This document shows positions 60,275 through 64,000 of a DNA stretch of 64,000 nucleotides, piece by piece. Under the pieces are notes generated by a model that did not search any database, was not told the origin of the DNA, and saw only the letters and a program-made list of their open reading frames with translations. Position numbers and translations under genes: made by a program. Positions within the stretch are counted from its first letter, which is position 1. The number at the start of each line of letters is the position of its first letter. This DNA is from the human T2T-CHM13v2.0 reference genome, Homo sapiens, in assembly GCF_009914755.1 (NCBI RefSeq), contig NC_060927.1. One strand, 5' to 3'.

Positions 60275-60643
60275 TAATATGTTTTGGCTGTGTCTCCACC
60301 CAACTCTCATCTTGAATTTTAGTTCCCATAATCCATGTGTCATGAGAGGGACCTGGTGGGAGATAATTGAATCATGGGGGCAGTTTGCCCCCTGATAATT
60401 CTCATAAGTTCTCATGAGCTCTGACTCTTTTATAAGGCGTTTCACCCTTTACTGGGTTCTCATTCTTCTCCTTCCTGCTGCTTTGTGAAGAAGGACATGT
60501 TTGCTTCCCCTCCACCATGATTGTAAGTTTCCTGAGGCCACCCTGTCCATGCTAAACTGTGAGTCAATTAAACCTCTTTTTTTTTAAATAAATTATTCTG
60601 TCTCCTGTATATCCTTATAGCAGCATGAGAATGGACTAATATA
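60275..60643 (+). mobile_element. THE1C/D solo LTR
   Basis: TTTGGCTGTGTCTCCACCCAA...GGGACCTGGTGGGAGATAATTGAATCATGGGG...GTGAGTCAATTAAACCTC...GGACTAATA; TSD ACAGG/ATAGG. Confidence 0.92.
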
Positions 60644-61351
60644 ATAGGGGATCTTAATCTTGGCATCAAATAATAATGAGTTTTACATTGGCATCCTTGT
60701 ACTTTTAAGAGAGGCTATTGAATTTCCAAATAGGTTAGGGCAAGCAAATTTCAAGTGTGAACATAAATATTGCTCCCACATACCTAAGATATGCCTAACT
60801 CTGACTGCTATCTGAAATATTAAGACACTGGAAATATTTTTATGCAGAGTGAAAAAGTGGACAAAATAGAAATCGGAAATAATTTACATAATTATCATAT
60901 TTTAACTTTCAGTTAGTAAAACAAATACATCTTTCTGGGTTTTATCATCTAATTCTTACCTGTTGGTAAAATTCTCTAGATCTACCTTATTTTCTACTTC
61001 AGGGAGGTGTTCATTATTTCAAATTGTACATTATCTCCTTCAATTTCATCAAACATGTAAGATTGATAGAAATGGAAGCCACATTCTGCACATTAAACCC
61101 ATTCCATCAGAAGGAGATCAACAACAACAAAAATACTTAAAAAATAATCTTGACTCAAAAATTGCAAAATCATCTAGTCTTGGAATATTTTTAAAAATAT
61201 GTATGATTAGTAATTGTCTTTAAAAAGTCAAATACATACAATATTGAATATTATATTCTTCTTTTGTCTTCAAAGCTCTCTTTGATTATAAAGTTCATAT
61301 CAGTTAATTTGAATATCAAGAATTTTTTGCTCCATTGTCTTGGACTCACTA

Positions 61352-63160
61352 CATTTATTTATTTATTTTTTTCAACTTACATTTTAGGTTTTGGGGATAC
61401 ATGGGCAGGTTTGCTATATGGTAAACTGCATGTCACTGGGGTCTGGTGTAAAAATGATTTCATCACCCAGGTAGTAAGCACAATTCCCTATAGGTAGTGT
61501 TTTGATCCTCACCACCTTCCCACCCTCCACCCCCAAGTCGGCACCAATGTCTACTCTTCCCCACTTTGTGTCCATGTGCATTTGATGTTTAACTCCCACT
61601 TATAAGTAAGAACATGTGGTGTTTGATTTTTTGTTCTTGCGTTAATTCACTTTGGATAATGACCTCCAGCCCTATTCATGTTGCCACAAAGGACATTATC
61701 TCATTCATTTTTATGGCCGCATAGTATTTCATGTTGTATATGTACCACATTTTCTTTATCCAGTCCACTGTTGATAAGCACCTAAGTTGATTTCATATCT
61801 TTGCTATTGTAAATAGTGTTGCGATGAATACACAAGTGCTTGTGTTTTTTGGTAGAAAGATTTATTTTCCTTTAAGTCTCTACCTAGTTACGAAATTACT
61901 GGGTTGAATGGTAGTTCTGTATTAAGTTATTTAAGATATCTCCAAACTGTTTTTCACAGTGGCTGAATTAATTTACATTTCTACCATCAGTTTGTCATCA
62001 TTTCTCTTTCTCCACAACCTCACCAAGCTCTCCTGTTGTTTTTTTTTTTCACTTTTTAATAATAGCCATTCTGAGTGGTGTGAGATGCTATCTCACTGTG
62101 GTTTTGATTTGCATTGTTCTAATCATCAGTGATATTGAACATTTTTTCATGTTTGTTGGCTGGGTGGATGCCTTCTTTTGAGATGTGTCTGTTCATGACC
62201 TTTCCTCATTTTTTTTAATGGAGTTTGTTTTTTGCTTGTTGACTTGTTTAAGTTTCTTACAGATTCTGGATATTAGATCTTTGTTAGATGCGTACTTTGC
62301 AAACATTTTCTCTCATTCTGTAGACTGTCTATTTACTCTGTTGATAGTTTCTTTTGCTGTACAGAAGCTCCATAGTTTAATTAGGTCCTACTTGTCTATT
62401 TTTGTTTCTGTTGAAATTGCTATTGAAGATGTAGTCATTAATTCATTTTCAAGACCAATTTCCAGAATATTTCCTAGGTTTTCTTCTAGAGTTTTTATTG
62501 TTTTAGGTCTTACATTTAAGCCTTCAACCCATGTTGAGTTGAAATTTGTGTATTGTGAAAAAGAAGGGGTCCAGTTTCAATATTCTGCATGGCTGACTAG
62601 CCAGTTACCCCAGCACTATTTGTTGAATAGGGAGGTCTTTCCCCATTGCTTGACATTGTTGACTGTCAAGCATCAGATAGTTGTGTTTGTGTGACTTTAT
62701 TTCTGGGTTCTCGAACCTGTTCCATTGGTCTATGTGTCTGTTTTTGGACCAGTACCATGCTGTTTGGTTACCGTAGCCTTGCAGTATAGTTTGACATAGG
62801 GTAATGTGATGACTCTGGCTTTGTTCTTTTTGCTTAGAATTGCTCCCGCTATGCAGACTCTTTTTGGTTTTATATGTATTTTAGAATAGTTTTTTTTCTA
62901 ATTCTATGAAAAAATGACATTGATAACTTGATAGTAATAGTATTGAATGTATAAATTGTTTTGGGCAGCATGGCCATTTTAATGTCTTCCAATCCATGAG
63001 CGTGGAATGCGTTTCCATTTGTTTGTGTTATCTCTGATTTCTTTCAGCAGTGTTTTGTAATTCTTACTGTAGAGATCCTTCACCTCCCTGGTTAGCTGTA
63101 CTCCTAGGTATTCTATTCTTTTTGTGGCTATTTTAAATGGTATTGCATTCTTAATTTCAT
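61352..63160 (-). mobile_element. L1PA15/16-type, 5'-truncated
   Basis: 3'UTR reverse TTTCATCACCCAGGTAGTAAGCA; ORF 62979-63164 ([36 protein letters not shown]) is ORF2. Confidence 0.93.
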
Positions 63161-63729
63161 ACATTCAATTTTAGTTCTTTAAAAATATAATGGTGTGTTA
63201 ACAGGATCCTTCACTAACTGCCTGTTTTAATTCACTAATTTTACTTCTATAATCACTTTGTTTCTATACTTCACAAGTGATTATACTGTTATAGCTGTAA
63301 TATTAGCAGTAACATTTAATTAACACTCACACTGTGAGCTAAAATTATACTCCACTAACGCCTAACTTCTTACCTTTGACTCTCTTGCTAAATGGTCACT
63401 AATGTAACAGTTAACCTCTTCTTCTTTACACTTCATAATATTCCTAAATTGAAAGAAAATTTACATCTGTAAAAATAAGTGTGGAATATTTTTGTGAGAT
63501 TCATAGTATGAAGAAAATTAATCTACCAAGTATAAAATACGTGTTGAGTATCAGTGTATTATATCAGACAGGACAATGGAAGAAGAAAGATGTAAATAAG
63601 TTTCCGTATCCTCAGGAAACACACAAACTAAAAGACATGGTGAACACATTGAAACACTTTGGAAGGAAAAGCACAAAAATGTGATTTGTGAAACTATTGT
63701 GCATGTGATTTATTCTTGAAATTTTATAA

Positions 63730-64000
63730 TTTTACATTTTACCTTTAGGTTGATGTCCATTTCCAGTTAATTTTTGAATAAAATATTAACTGTCTATTGA
63801 GGTTTACTTTCTGTTTTGCATTTATAGGACCATTTGTTTTGGTGTCATTTGTATAAAAGACTATCTTTTTATCTTTGAATTACTTTTGCAGCTTTGTCAA
63901 GTCAGTTTTCTCTGAACTCTTTTTTGTTTCATTGATATATGTCTATATGTTCCTCTCACCAACAACACAGTGTCTCATTACCGTAGTTTTGGGTACATCT
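63730..64000 (-). mobile_element. Old L1M fragment
   Basis: TTTTACATTTTACCTTTAGG..CCATTTCCAGTTAATTTTTG; TTGAATTACTTTTGCAGCTTTGTCAA. Confidence 0.65.

Noticed and set aside
62185-62694. Longest ORF (169 aa, hydrophobic)
   Set aside because: Antisense reading of L1 ORF2, a well-known artefact

Overview
AT-rich primate DNA, almost certainly human given a near-consensus AluYa4/Ya5 element, and apparently intergenic or intronic. Roughly half or more is interspersed repeats: Alu, L1PA/L1M, L2, MIR, MaLR and ERV1 LTRs, and Tigger/hAT DNA transposons. I can support no intact protein-coding gene; the recognisable ORFs are Alu-, L1-, Tigger- or low-complexity-derived and the rest match nothing I know. 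The only gene-derived sequence I recognise is a decayed SUMO2 processed pseudogene (minus strand, ~3198-3520). The most unusual structures are: (1) a perfect 40-bp-stem hairpin with an alternative competing arm at ~17357-17491; (2) an L1PA fragment with no poly-A or TSD, joined by microhomology at both ends (18247-19374); (3) a very young AluYa4/5 without a target-site duplication (57890-58206); (4) a twin-primed L1PA16-like element carrying extra templated insertions. I see no new multi-gene system. Repeat subfamily names come from recalled consensus sequences, not from a RepeatMasker run, and the boundaries of old repeats are approximate.
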